A stretch of DNA of 42,763 bases from SAR86 cluster bacterium (GTDB lineage: Bacteria > Pseudomonadota > Gammaproteobacteria > Magnimaribacterales > TMED112). The notes beneath the pieces are model-generated. The model made no database searches. It saw only the letters and a program-made list of their open reading frames with translations, and was not told the DNA's origin. Every line of letters begins with the position of its first letter. Position 1 is the first letter of the stretch. The stretch covers positions 1 to 42,763 of the forward strand of contig SHBL01000003.1 of NCBI GenBank assembly GCA_004321845.1, written 5' to 3'. Positions 28,384 through 41,850 of this stretch are shown here, piece by piece. Made by a program: the position numbers and the translations under genes.

Positions 28384-29535
28384 CTATAAATTATTTTCTT
28401 TGTACTCAACAATATCTTTGGGTATAACAATCTCTCCATCTCCTGATTTATCATTACCCCATGCTAATCTTGTAAATGTAATAACAGATGCCATTTCAAC
28501 TTCGTTAAGCTGCTCTGCAAATGATTGCATTTGGCTGCCTCTGATCCCTTCCATTAATATTTCAATTTGTTGTGCTTTGTCATTCATTACGACACCACTG
28601 CCTGCAAGAGCCGGATAAAACCCAGCTATACCAGCACCATTTGCCTGATGGCATGCAGCACATCTGGTTTCATATATCTCTTCACCTGTTGCCAGCAGCT
28701 CTTCAGAAGTCCAATCTTTCTCAGTTAGATAGGCAACCTGTTCTGCTAATTCTCTTTTTTCTTGCAACCATGCTTCATATTCTTCTTGTGTGACAGCCTT
28801 AACAACAATTGGCATGTATGCATGTCTTTCTCCGCAAAGCTCTGTACAGTTTCCTCTGTAAATACCAGGAACATTAACTTTAGTTTTAGCTACATTTATA
28901 AACCCTGGAATTGCATCTTGTTTAACAGCAAAATCACTCATATACCATGAGTGGATAACATCATTGCTTGTTATAAGAAAACGAACTGGTGTATCAACTG
29001 GTATGACTACTGGTTCATCAACCTCTAATAAATAATTTTCTGTTTTCTCAACTCTGTTGAATTCATATTGGTCTGGTGGGGTTGTTAGATTTGAAAAAAA
29101 GCTAAGCGGTGCGTTACCAACCTGCTCATCAAGATACTTGTATTGCCATTTCCATTGCCAGCCAACAACTTGAATATCTATACCGCCTTCCTCTGCTTCA
29201 TGTTCATAAATCTTTTTTAGAGTTATAGAGGCTGGGACAGCCATGGCAATTAAAATAAGTGTAGGAATAATAGTCCAAAGAATTTCAACCGTATGGTTTT
29301 CTGTAAACTTTGCTGGGGTCTTGTGATTTGATCTTCTGTATTTCCACATTGACCAAAAAAGCCCGCCAAAAACCACAATACCAATAACCACAACGACAAT
29401 AAAAATTGCCATATGTAAATCAAATACTTCCTTACTTATATCGGTTACGCCAACTGGCATATTTACATCTAACCAATCAGCTGACGTAAACAATGATACA
29501 GGGTAAAGAATAAGAGCCCAGAGCTTGTTCTTCAT
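28384..29535 (-). CDS. coxB: Cytochrome c oxidase subunit II with C-terminal cytochrome c domain
   Basis: WQWKWQY, DVIHSW, CTELCGERHAYM (CuA), C-terminal CAACH; start placed at 29535 (MKNKL) because a -10-like hexamer abuts ATG 29544. Confidence 0.96.
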   Translation of the reverse strand: MKNKLWALILYPVSLFTSADWLDVNMPVGVTDISKEVFDLHMAIFIVVVVIGIVVFGGLFWSMWKYRRSNHKTPAKFTENHTVEILWTIIPTLILIAMAVPASITLKKIYEHEAEEGGIDIQVVGWQWKWQYKYLDEQVGNAPLSFFSNLTTPPDQYEFNRVEKTENYLLEVDEPVVIPVDTPVRFLITSNDVIHSWYMSDFAVKQDAIPGFINVAKTKVNVPGIYRGNCTELCGERHAYMPIVVKAVTQEEYEAWLQEKRELAEQVAYLTEKDWTSEELLATGEEIYETRCAACHQANGAGIAGFYPALAGSGVVMNDKAQQIEILMEGIRGSQMQSFAEQLNEVEMASVITFTRLAWGNDKSGDGEIVIPKDIVEYKENNL

Positions 29536-29544
29536 GTACGCCAT

Positions 29545-29572
29545 ATACTACTATAAATACTGTTAATGTCGA
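29545..29572 (-). promoter_or_regulatory. Putative cox operon promoter TCGACA-N16-TAGTAT
   Basis: -35-like at 29572-29567, -10-like at 29550-29545. Confidence 0.4.
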
Positions 29573-29579
29573 GTAATAA

Positions 29580-29594
29580 GTGACACTAATGTAT
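29580..29594. promoter_or_regulatory. Putative transcription-factor site GTGACACTAATGTAT upstream of coxB
   Basis: 14/15 identical to GTGACATTAATGTAT at 3116-3130; ACA-N4-TGT dyad core. Confidence 0.45.
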
Positions 29595-29601
29595 TGTTTT
29601 T

Positions 29602-29787
29602 TTAATCGTTAATTATCTTTATAGATTCTATAATTTTTGCACCTTTTTTACCAAACTCTTCATCTTTCATTTTGAAGTAGTTGCATGTGATACATTTTAT
29701 TTCTGAATCATCATTTTTGAGCATTATAGAGTCCAGATCTCCACATGACGGACATACAGCTCCAGCTATAAATCTATAACCTTTCAT
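29602..29787 (-). CDS. yheV: YheV family putative zinc-ribbon protein
   Basis: RFIAGAVCPSC...KCITCNY. Confidence 0.88.
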   Translation of the reverse strand: MKGYRFIAGAVCPSCGDLDSIMLKNDDSEIKCITCNYFKMKDEEFGKKGAKIIESIKIIND

Positions 29788-30529
29788 TTAGCTTGCTTTT
29801 AATTTCTTCAACTTCTGGTTTTTTATTGAACCAAAGCTTAAAACACTCAGATGCTTGCTCTACAAGCATACCGATACCGTTATAAAAGTTATTTTTACCA
29901 ACAATTGAAAGGTCAGAAAATAGCTTATTAGTTTGGTTTGAGTAATTAATATCATACAAAAGTGTGTTTTGAGAGAGGTTTAAGTGTTCAAAATGTTTAG
30001 TAGTGTTCAAATCTAAATTTTGTGCACATGATATGACTAGATCTAGGCTTTGACCATTATATTTTTTAAAGTTTGGGTTCTTTTTAATTGCTTCTTCTAT
30101 ATTTGCTTCTGTTCTGCTTGCTACAAAAAGATTTCTGGAAGTTTTAATGCTATTTAAGATTGATTTAGAGGCGCCGCCCAAACCATAAACCATTATATTC
30201 ATATTTGTATAGTCAATTTTTTTTGATTGTAGATCGTTTATGAAGCCGACACCATCTGTAGATGTCCGTTTTGTACCGTTGTCATAAATACAATTAATAG
30301 ACTCTGGTTCAGTAACAAGGTTTTGTGTAAAAATTTCTTTATATGGTTTTGTAATATTCAGTCCAAGACCTCCTTTAGCAAAAAAGTCTTCCACAAAATT
30401 TAGTGGGTCATCTTCTATGTCATAAATCTGATAATCAATTTTAATATCAAACTGTTTTGCAAACTCTTTGTGTATTTGAGGTGAAAGAGAGTAGCTTATT
30501 CCTTTCCCCATTACTCCCAATTTATACAT
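29774..30529 (-). CDS. aroE: Shikimate dehydrogenase
   Basis: SYSLSPQIH, GLNITKPYK, STDGVGF, GLGGA, YDINY, GIGMLVEQA; follows hemF; start 30529 or 30535. Confidence 0.9.
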   Translation of the reverse strand: MYKLGVMGKGISYSLSPQIHKEFAKQFDIKIDYQIYDIEDDPLNFVEDFFAKGGLGLNITKPYKEIFTQNLVTEPESINCIYDNGTKRTSTDGVGFINDLQSKKIDYTNMNIMVYGLGGASKSILNSIKTSRNLFVASRTEANIEEAIKKNPNFKKYNGQSLDLVISCAQNLDLNTTKHFEHLNLSQNTLLYDINYSNQTNKLFSDLSIVGKNNFYNGIGMLVEQASECFKLWFNKKPEVEEIKSKLNERL

Positions 30530-31442
30530 TATCAATCCAATTTATAGGGTTTTTTAAAGCTTCATATAGCTTTTCTTGCTTGTCTGTAAGTTTTGAATCA
30601 AATTTGTAGTGCCACTCAACTGCATTTGGCAAAGACATTAAAATTGACTCAATTCTTCCTCCTGACTGGAGGCCAAAAAGTGTTCCTCTATCATAGACAA
30701 GATTAAATTCTACATATCTGCCTCTTCTAAATCTTTGAAATTTCGTATCCTCGTCGGAGTATTCTGTATTTTTATGTTTAGTAATAATTTTTTTATATGC
30801 TTCTGTAAACGCTATGGCTACTTGTTGAGAAAAATTTAAGCCTTCCGCAGTATTCTTAAAAGTTTGTTTTTCATAAAATATCCCTCCTATTCCTCTGTGT
30901 TCTTTTCTGTGGGGTAAGAAAAAATATTCATCACAATTCTTCTTAAATAATTCAAAATATTCTTTACCAAGCGTATCACAAGCATTTTTGGCTGATTGAT
31001 GCCAATCCCTGCAATCATCCTCATCTAAAACATAAGGTGTTAAATCAAATCCACCCCCAAACCACTCTTCGAACACCTCGTTATTTTTATAAGTGCAGAA
31101 ATATCTAATATTCAGATGTGATGTTGGGATATTAGGGTTTTTCGGGTGAAAAACTACCGATACTCCTGTAGCAAAATATGGCAAACCAGATGATTTATTT
31201 ATGCTGCCTACTGATGAAGCAGGGAGCTTCTCTCCTTTAATGTTAGAGAAATTTATGCCTGCTTTACCAAAAAATTCTCCATCATCAATAATTACAGAAT
31301 GTCCTGTGCCTAGGCCATGCTTCTCCCAATGATCATCAATAATGTTTTCTTCTTTCTCGTGTTGTTTAAATTCTGCGAGAATATTTTCATGTATACCTTT
31401 AAAAGCATTAGCGATTTGTTCTTGTCTATCTAATATATTCAT
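30522..31442 (-). CDS. hemF: Oxygen-dependent coproporphyrinogen III oxidase
   Basis: GVSVVFHPKNP, WFGGGFDLTP, RGIGGIF, RRGRYVEFNLVYDRGTLFGLQSGGR. Confidence 0.97.
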   Translation of the reverse strand: MNILDRQEQIANAFKGIHENILAEFKQHEKEENIIDDHWEKHGLGTGHSVIIDDGEFFGKAGINFSNIKGEKLPASSVGSINKSSGLPYFATGVSVVFHPKNPNIPTSHLNIRYFCTYKNNEVFEEWFGGGFDLTPYVLDEDDCRDWHQSAKNACDTLGKEYFELFKKNCDEYFFLPHRKEHRGIGGIFYEKQTFKNTAEGLNFSQQVAIAFTEAYKKIITKHKNTEYSDEDTKFQRFRRGRYVEFNLVYDRGTLFGLQSGGRIESILMSLPNAVEWHYKFDSKLTDKQEKLYEALKNPINWIDNV

Positions 31443-31944
31443 TCGTTTCTAGGTCTAATATTTTTGAGGGTTCTTTTTTTCCGCCCAGCGCCAAATCTAA
31501 AGCGCCATAAATTTTATCATCAAAAACAGCCTTTACCTCATTAATGTTTTTACACACTTCTTCTCCTGAGGTATTAGCAGAAGTAGAGATCAAGGGCTTT
31601 TCTATTAATTGTAAAAAGTTAAGTAAATTGCCGTGCTCTGGTATCCGGGCCGCTATCTTGCCATTTGAAGTTGGAATGATCATTGTCGTGAACGTGTTCG
31701 TGTGCTTCTTAATTATTTCTGTGTATTTAACTTCAATACTGAATCTTTGTAATAGTTCTTTTGAGGAGTGAAATAACAAGATATATTTTTTATCTGCTGG
31801 TCTTGATTTTATTTTATCTATGCCTTCGATTACATTTGGCAAATTTAGGCCACCCAACCCCCAGATACCCTCGGTGGGATATGCAATTATTCTTTTTTTA
31901 AGCACCCACTGAGCAGCAACTTCTATTTTATTTGTGGTTTTCAA
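31426..31944 (-). CDS. tsaC: Threonylcarbamoyl-AMP synthase (TsaC/YrdC)
   Basis: IAYPTEGIWGLG, KSRPADK, ISTSANTSG, PSKILD. Confidence 0.92.
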   Translation of the reverse strand: MKTTNKIEVAAQWVLKKRIIAYPTEGIWGLGGLNLPNVIEGIDKIKSRPADKKYILLFHSSKELLQRFSIEVKYTEIIKKHTNTFTTMIIPTSNGKIAARIPEHGNLLNFLQLIEKPLISTSANTSGEEVCKNINEVKAVFDDKIYGALDLALGGKKEPSKILDLETNEYIR

Positions 31945-32435
31945 TCTCTATCAAGATTTTGGTCTTTCTTAATGGTTTTCTCTCTAAGTTCTTTTTTGAA
32001 ATCAATCATTTTTTCTGCCATTGAGTTGTCTGCCACACCCAACATTTGAGCAGCAAAAATACCTGCATTTGTTGCTCCAGCTGTTCCAGCGGCAAAAGTT
32101 GCAACTGGTACACCTGCTGGCATTTGCAAGGTCGACAGAATTGCATCCAAACCATTTAAGCTGTGAGCAGTTGGAACGCCTAGCACAGGACTTGAAGAAT
32201 GAGCTGCTACTGCGCCAGCCAAATGAGCTGCCATTCCTGCAATAGCTATATAAGCTTTACAGCCCCTATCTTTTGAGGTCTTGAGATAATCTACTAATAT
32301 ATCTGGAGAACGGTGAGCAGAAATAACTTTTAACTCACAGGCTATATCAAAGCTTCTTAAAGATTTGATTGCTGCTTTACCGAGATCCACATCTGAATCG
32401 GAACCGAGAATTACAGAAACTTGTATATTGTCCAT
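31941..32435 (-). CDS. purE: N5-CAIR mutase PurE
   Basis: LGSDSD, SAHRSP, AGMAAHLAG, PVLGVP, STLQMPAGVPVAT. Confidence 0.95.
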   Translation of the reverse strand: MDNIQVSVILGSDSDVDLGKAAIKSLRSFDIACELKVISAHRSPDILVDYLKTSKDRGCKAYIAIAGMAAHLAGAVAAHSSSPVLGVPTAHSLNGLDAILSTLQMPAGVPVATFAAGTAGATNAGIFAAQMLGVADNSMAEKMIDFKKELREKTIKKDQNLDRD

Positions 32436-32444
32436 ATATATAAA

Positions 32445-32452
32445 ACTATAAT
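32445..32452. promoter_or_regulatory. Overlapping bidirectional -10 (ACTATAAT) for purE and def
   Basis: + strand TATAAT 32447-32452 is 9 nt from the def ATG; - strand TATAGT 32450-32445 is 9 nt from the purE ATG; no SD on either side. Confidence 0.55.
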
Positions 32453-32461
32453 AATTAATCT

Positions 32462-32974
32462 ATGAATAGGTTGAATATTTTAACATTTCCTGACCCAAGG
32501 TTAAGAAAAAAAGCATTAGCAATAACTAATTTTGATAGTGCCTTAGAAAAAAAGGCAAAAAATATGCTTTTCACTATGTATGAAGATAAGGGCATAGGTT
32601 TGGCTGCAACTCAAGTTGATATTCATGAAAGACTCATAGTTATAGACCTGTCAGAAGATAGGTCTGAACCAATATTTATTGTAAATCCTAGCTACAAAGT
32701 TCTTGATGATACTCCAGTAATATCAAAAGAAGGATGTTTGTCTATTCCAACATTTCAACAAGAGGTTCCAAGAGCTAAAGAAATAGAACTTAGTTACCAA
32801 AATCTTAAAGGCCAAGCTGAAAAGTTTGTAGCTGATGGTCTTATGAGCTATTGCATTCAACATGAAGTAGATCATCTTGATGGTAAGTTATTAGTTGATT
32901 ATGCATCATCTCTAAAAAGAGCGCGTATAAAAGAAAAGCTAATGAAGCTAAAGGATGGTAAAAACAAAAATTAG
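32462..32974 (+). CDS. def: Peptide deformylase
   Basis: GIGLAATQV, EGCLS, QHEVDHLDG. Confidence 0.98.
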   Translation: MNRLNILTFPDPRLRKKALAITNFDSALEKKAKNMLFTMYEDKGIGLAATQVDIHERLIVIDLSEDRSEPIFIVNPSYKVLDDTPVISKEGCLSIPTFQQEVPRAKEIELSYQNLKGQAEKFVADGLMSYCIQHEVDHLDGKLLVDYASSLKRARIKEKLMKLKDGKNKN

Positions 32975-33893
32975 AATTGGTTTTGCTGGCACCCCAAAAA
33001 TTGCCTTTGATCATTTATCTAAACTTCTGTTATCAGACAAGTTTTCTGTTGAATTTATACTTACGCAACCAAATAAAGCTGCAGGTAGAGGTATGTCAGA
33101 AAATATATCTTTGTTCTCAGAGCTAGCTAAAACGATTCCGGTTTTTCAGTTTAGCGATCTAAGGTCTCAGGAAGCGCAAAAAGAGGTCGCCTCCTATAAG
33201 GTCGACCTTCTAGTTGTGGTGGCTTACGGCAAATTAATCCCGCAATGGCTTTTAGATCACCCAACTTATGGTTGTTTAAATGTCCATTTTTCTTTGCTGC
33301 CAAAATATAGAGGTGCTGCCCCGATGCAAAGAGCAATTCAAAATGGAGAAAAGCTTTCAGGCATCAGTTTTATGAAGCTTGAGCAAGGCCTAGATGAGGG
33401 GCCAGTATATAAAAAAATTGAAGCTAACATAGAAGGTAAAGATTTTTATGAGGTGGAGAATTTGTTGCTTCAAGAATCATTAAATGAAATCTCTAATACT
33501 GTAAATGATGTGTGTGCAGGAGCGGCCGCAGAAAATCAAAAACACTCTAATGCAACATATGCAGAAAAAATAGAAAAATTGGAGGGAAAGATTAATTGGA
33601 ATGACAGTTGTGAAAGTATAAAAAATAAATTTTTAGCGTTTGTTAACTGGCCTCAAACTTTTTTTATGGTTGGTGAGCAAGAGGTAAAGGCCATGGATCT
33701 TTTCATCCACTCAAAGGAAATAGGCAAAGCGGGTGAAGTGCAAAGTTTTGATAGAGATTCCTTGAAAGTTTTTTGTGCTGATGGCGTCATTTCAATTAAA
33801 AGTGTTAAGTTTCCTGGTAAAAAAGTTATAGGTTCTTTAGATTTCTTTAACTCAAAAAGAGATATAATTTCTAAAGGAGATTTATTGATTTGA
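32955..33893 (+). CDS. fmt: Methionyl-tRNA formyltransferase
   Basis: FAGTP, VVAYG, NVHFSLLPKYRGAAP, GLDEG. Confidence 0.96.
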   Translation: MVKTKIRIGFAGTPKIAFDHLSKLLLSDKFSVEFILTQPNKAAGRGMSENISLFSELAKTIPVFQFSDLRSQEAQKEVASYKVDLLVVVAYGKLIPQWLLDHPTYGCLNVHFSLLPKYRGAAPMQRAIQNGEKLSGISFMKLEQGLDEGPVYKKIEANIEGKDFYEVENLLLQESLNEISNTVNDVCAGAAAENQKHSNATYAEKIEKLEGKINWNDSCESIKNKFLAFVNWPQTFFMVGEQEVKAMDLFIHSKEIGKAGEVQSFDRDSLKVFCADGVISIKSVKFPGKKVIGSLDFFNSKRDIISKGDLLI

Positions 33894-35230
33894 AAATAAT
33901 CATATTAGGGGGTGGTTCCATTGGTGGAAGTGTTGCTAAGGAGCTTTCCTCAGAAGAAAATGATGTTGTTGTTATAGATAATAACGATGAAAACCTTGAG
34001 CCAATACAGGGTGTTGAAGGCATCCAGACCATACATGGAAATGGCTCTTCTCCAAAAACCTTAGCCAAAGCAGGCTTAGATGAAAATAGCTTGTTGCTTT
34101 GTTTAACTGATTCAGAAGAAATTAACTTACTTGCTTCCTTAATAGGAAAACAAAAATTTAATGCTGGCAGAATAGTTTGTAGGCTCAAAAGTTCAGAATA
34201 CACAAAGATTGCTAAAGAAATAACTCCTTTTGTTGATTTTTTTATCAACCCAGAAGACCTTATAACAGATGAAATAAGAAGCCTTCTTCACCATCCTGGT
34301 GCTCTTGAAATACTAGATTTTGCTGAAGGGAAAATTAAGTTAGTAAGTGTATACGCCAAACAGTCTGGTATATTGGTTGGAAGACAAATCAAAGAACTAA
34401 AAGATGATCTTCCAGAATATGAGACTCGAATACCAGCCATATATAGGGGCGATGAATTAATAATTCCAACAGGCACCACTACCATTAACGAAGGTGATGA
34501 GGTTTATTTTATCGCCGATGAAAAACACATCGAAGATGTTACAAAAGAACTGCAGAAACTTGAAAGCCAATATAAAAATGTCTTTGTTGCGGGGGCAGGA
34601 AATATAGGAAAGTCGCTCGTAAGGAAAATTAATGATGATTTCAACACAAAACTTATAGATAAGAGCAAAGACAAGTGTGAGTTGGCGTCTGAAGAGCTCG
34701 ACAACGTGCTTGTATTAAATTCGGATGCAGCAGATAAAGAATTTTTATCTTCTGAGGGCATTTCTGAATGCGATGTTTTTGTGGCTGTAACGCAAGACGA
34801 CGAGTCCAATGTCTTGTGCTCTTTAATGTCAAAAAAGCTTGGTTCCAAAAAGACAATTACCATAATTAACAAAGAGGCTTATTTTGATTTAGTTGGTAAA
34901 AATGAACTGGACATAATTATTTCGCCTGTTCAGATTACCGTGTCGCATGTTTTAAAATTTATCAGAAAGGGTTCTGTTTCAAATGTGCACAAAGTAAAAA
35001 AAGGCATGGCAGAAGCAATTGAAATTGGTGTTGATGCTTCATCTGAAAAGCTAAAAGGCAAACTTATATCCGAGTTAGGCCTAGATGAGAATATCAACAT
35101 ACCCGCTATTAAAAGGGGTGAAGAGGTAATAATGGCTCATGGAAATACACAAATACATGACGACGATCACCTGATAGTTTTTTATAAAAATAAGGATGTA
35201 ATAGATTCCTTCTACGAAAAATTTAGATGA
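33890..35230 (+). CDS. trkA: Trk potassium uptake regulatory subunit TrkA
   Basis: Two RCK-N domains (LGGGSIG, AGAGNIG), PGAL, ISP; 446 aa. Confidence 0.95.
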   Translation: MKIIILGGGSIGGSVAKELSSEENDVVVIDNNDENLEPIQGVEGIQTIHGNGSSPKTLAKAGLDENSLLLCLTDSEEINLLASLIGKQKFNAGRIVCRLKSSEYTKIAKEITPFVDFFINPEDLITDEIRSLLHHPGALEILDFAEGKIKLVSVYAKQSGILVGRQIKELKDDLPEYETRIPAIYRGDELIIPTGTTTINEGDEVYFIADEKHIEDVTKELQKLESQYKNVFVAGAGNIGKSLVRKINDDFNTKLIDKSKDKCELASEELDNVLVLNSDAADKEFLSSEGISECDVFVAVTQDDESNVLCSLMSKKLGSKKTITIINKEAYFDLVGKNELDIIISPVQITVSHVLKFIRKGSVSNVHKVKKGMAEAIEIGVDASSEKLKGKLISELGLDENINIPAIKRGEEVIMAHGNTQIHDDDHLIVFYKNKDVIDSFYEKFR

Positions 35231-36663
35231 TTACAACACTTAAGCTATTAAGATTCTTAGGGCCAACGCTGATGTTTTTTGGAACTTTTGTAGTGCTTCC
35301 ACCACTTTTAATGAGTTATTTAGATAATGCTTTAGACAACAATATGTTGTGGGTTTATCTTTCATGTATAACTTACTCTTTAATAATTTTATTAACACTT
35401 AGAAGAAAGAAATTCTCATATACACCTAGAGACGGCTTCATAATCACTTTTTTTACATGGGTTTTAATCTCTGTATTGGCTTCTTTGCCCTTTTTAATCA
35501 ACAGCTTAACTTTTTATGATGCGCTGTTTGAAGCAGTTTCTGGTTTAACAACGACTGGCTCAACTGTAATCAAAGATCTTTCTTTATTACCAGATCACGT
35601 CTTGCTCTATAGGCAGCTTCTTCAATGGTCTGGTGGGGTTGGTTTGGTCATAGTTGTGCTTGCAATTATTCCGGCTGTTTCTGGGGGTATGAAAGTTCTC
35701 CAGGCAGAAACTTCTGGTTTTGCAGACAAAAGCTTTTCTCCAAGACTAAGAGAGACAGCACGGTCCTTGTTAAAGTTCTATGTTCTCATAACGCTTGCTT
35801 GTGTTTTTTCATACTGGCTTGCTGGTATGACATGGTTTGAAGCTTTTAGCCATTCTTTTAGCACAGTATCTATAGGTGGGTTTTCTATATATAACGAAAA
35901 TTTTGGGTATTTTAATAATCATGCAATTGAGCTTGTTGCTGTGGTCTTTATGTTGGTTTCAGCAACTAACTTTGGCTTACATTTTTTATCGTTTACAAAA
36001 AGAAGCTTTAGATACTATCTTGCAAATGATGAATTTAAATTCTTCTTGCTAATAGTTTTAGTCACTGTGATGGTCTCTTTTGCCACCCTTTATATAAAAG
36101 AAGGCTTTACCATTGAAAACGCTCTTAGATATGGTGTTTTCCAGACAATCTCTATTATTACTACCACGGGCTTTACTCTTGAGCCCTTAACTGCCATGGG
36201 AAATTCTGTTGGTTTTTTAATTTTTGTTGTTGCCTTTATTGGTGCATGTTCTGGATCAGTGGGTGGCGGCATGAAGATATGGCGTGTGCTGCTGATGTTA
36301 AAGGTTGGTTTTTCGAATATGACTAAGGTTATCCACCCAAGTGCAGTTAATAGTGTGAAGCTTAATGGTGAAAAAATTGTTTCTTCTCAGATAGAAGCAG
36401 TCTTTGCATTTATAGCGATATATATAACTTTTTTCTTGTTTTTTTTGTTTGTACTTGTGTTCCAAGATGTTGATTTTTATTCAGCTTTTTCTGGAACAGC
36501 CGCGGCAATCAATAATTTAGGGCCTGGTCTGGGTGAGTTATCAGAAAACTATTCTGGCTTGACTGATGTCGGAAAAATTACCCTGACGCTAGCTATGATA
36601 GTTGGAAGGCTTGAGTTGTTTGGTGTCTTGATATTAATGGTTCCTTCCTTTTGGAAGAATTAA
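35227..36663 (+). CDS. trkH: Trk potassium uptake membrane subunit TrkH
   Basis: SGLTTTGS, QWSGG, STVSIGGFS, TTTGF, GACSGSVGGGMK, NNLGPG, GRLE. Confidence 0.96.
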   Translation: MITTLKLLRFLGPTLMFFGTFVVLPPLLMSYLDNALDNNMLWVYLSCITYSLIILLTLRRKKFSYTPRDGFIITFFTWVLISVLASLPFLINSLTFYDALFEAVSGLTTTGSTVIKDLSLLPDHVLLYRQLLQWSGGVGLVIVVLAIIPAVSGGMKVLQAETSGFADKSFSPRLRETARSLLKFYVLITLACVFSYWLAGMTWFEAFSHSFSTVSIGGFSIYNENFGYFNNHAIELVAVVFMLVSATNFGLHFLSFTKRSFRYYLANDEFKFFLLIVLVTVMVSFATLYIKEGFTIENALRYGVFQTISIITTTGFTLEPLTAMGNSVGFLIFVVAFIGACSGSVGGGMKIWRVLLMLKVGFSNMTKVIHPSAVNSVKLNGEKIVSSQIEAVFAFIAIYITFFLFFLFVLVFQDVDFYSAFSGTAAAINNLGPGLGELSENYSGLTDVGKITLTLAMIVGRLELFGVLILMVPSFWKN

Positions 36664-37475
36664 TATATATTAAAATTATCAGGTCTTAATTTTCTAAACT
36701 TCTTATATTCCCAACCATAAATTTCAGGTGCAGAATTAATTGCTTCTTCAAAATGTTCGTTCATTTGTTTTGTTGTTATGGGTTCATCTATTTTTTTTGA
36801 TATAAATTCGTATTTATTTTTTTTCCCCTTCGTTAAATAAACAAAATAAAGATCATGGGATTTTTTATGTGAAAGCTTTTCTATTAAATCTATGCAATAA
36901 CATTCTTTGTTAAAAAAATTCTCGTATACCCCTTTATCGTGCGGCACCAAGTCCGAAGCTATTAATAGGCTTTCATTTGCTAAAAAGCTCTTATATAGAT
37001 CTTTTACCCCTTTTGTTGTAGCTGGCAACATTTGTGCGCCCCCTCTCTCTCTTATTGATTTAAGTTTCTTTTCTAAGCGTACATTTTTTACAGGGGTGTA
37101 TAGAATATTTATTTGTGAGAGCAATTCAGACAATATAAAAACCAACATATCCACACACCCCATGTGTAGTGTGAAGAATAGCTTGGGCTTACCATCATCA
37201 AGATTTTTCTTATCTATATAGTTTGGGTCTAAGAGTTCTTTGTAGTTATTTTTTTTGCCCCAAATAAACGGAAACATTAATGACATTTCTATAGTTTCAC
37301 TAAAACTTTTATGAATAAGTTCGTTTTTATTACCAAAACAATGTTTTATGTTGCTTTTTGTTATTTCAAATTGCTGTGAGCCAGACATTATTAATAACTT
37401 TGTCAGAATAAAAGAAATAGCTCTCAATATTACTAGAGGTGTATGTGAAATTAATCCAAAAAGTATGCTTATCAT
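36660..37475 (-). CDS. lpxL: Lipid A biosynthesis acyltransferase (LpxL/HtrB family)
   Basis: HMGCVD (H-x4-D), RERGG, FFN, APEIYGWEYKKFR; position between trkH and GlyRS. Confidence 0.75.
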   Translation of the reverse strand: MISILFGLISHTPLVILRAISFILTKLLIMSGSQQFEITKSNIKHCFGNKNELIHKSFSETIEMSLMFPFIWGKKNNYKELLDPNYIDKKNLDDGKPKLFFTLHMGCVDMLVFILSELLSQINILYTPVKNVRLEKKLKSIRERGGAQMLPATTKGVKDLYKSFLANESLLIASDLVPHDKGVYENFFNKECYCIDLIEKLSHKKSHDLYFVYLTKGKKNKYEFISKKIDEPITTKQMNEHFEEAINSAPEIYGWEYKKFRKLRPDNFNIY

Positions 37476-37521
37476 ATGTAAAGTAATAAAATAGCCTAAT
37501 TAACATACTATAGGAAAAATT

Positions 37522-41847
<4,326 letters not shown>

Positions 41848-41850
41848 TAT

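Noticed and set aside
28950-36337. Single DnaA-box-like 9-mers (28950-28958 on minus strand; TTATCCACC at 36329-36337)
   Set aside because: One mismatch each, isolated and within CDSs; oriC is expected beyond dnaN, outside the window
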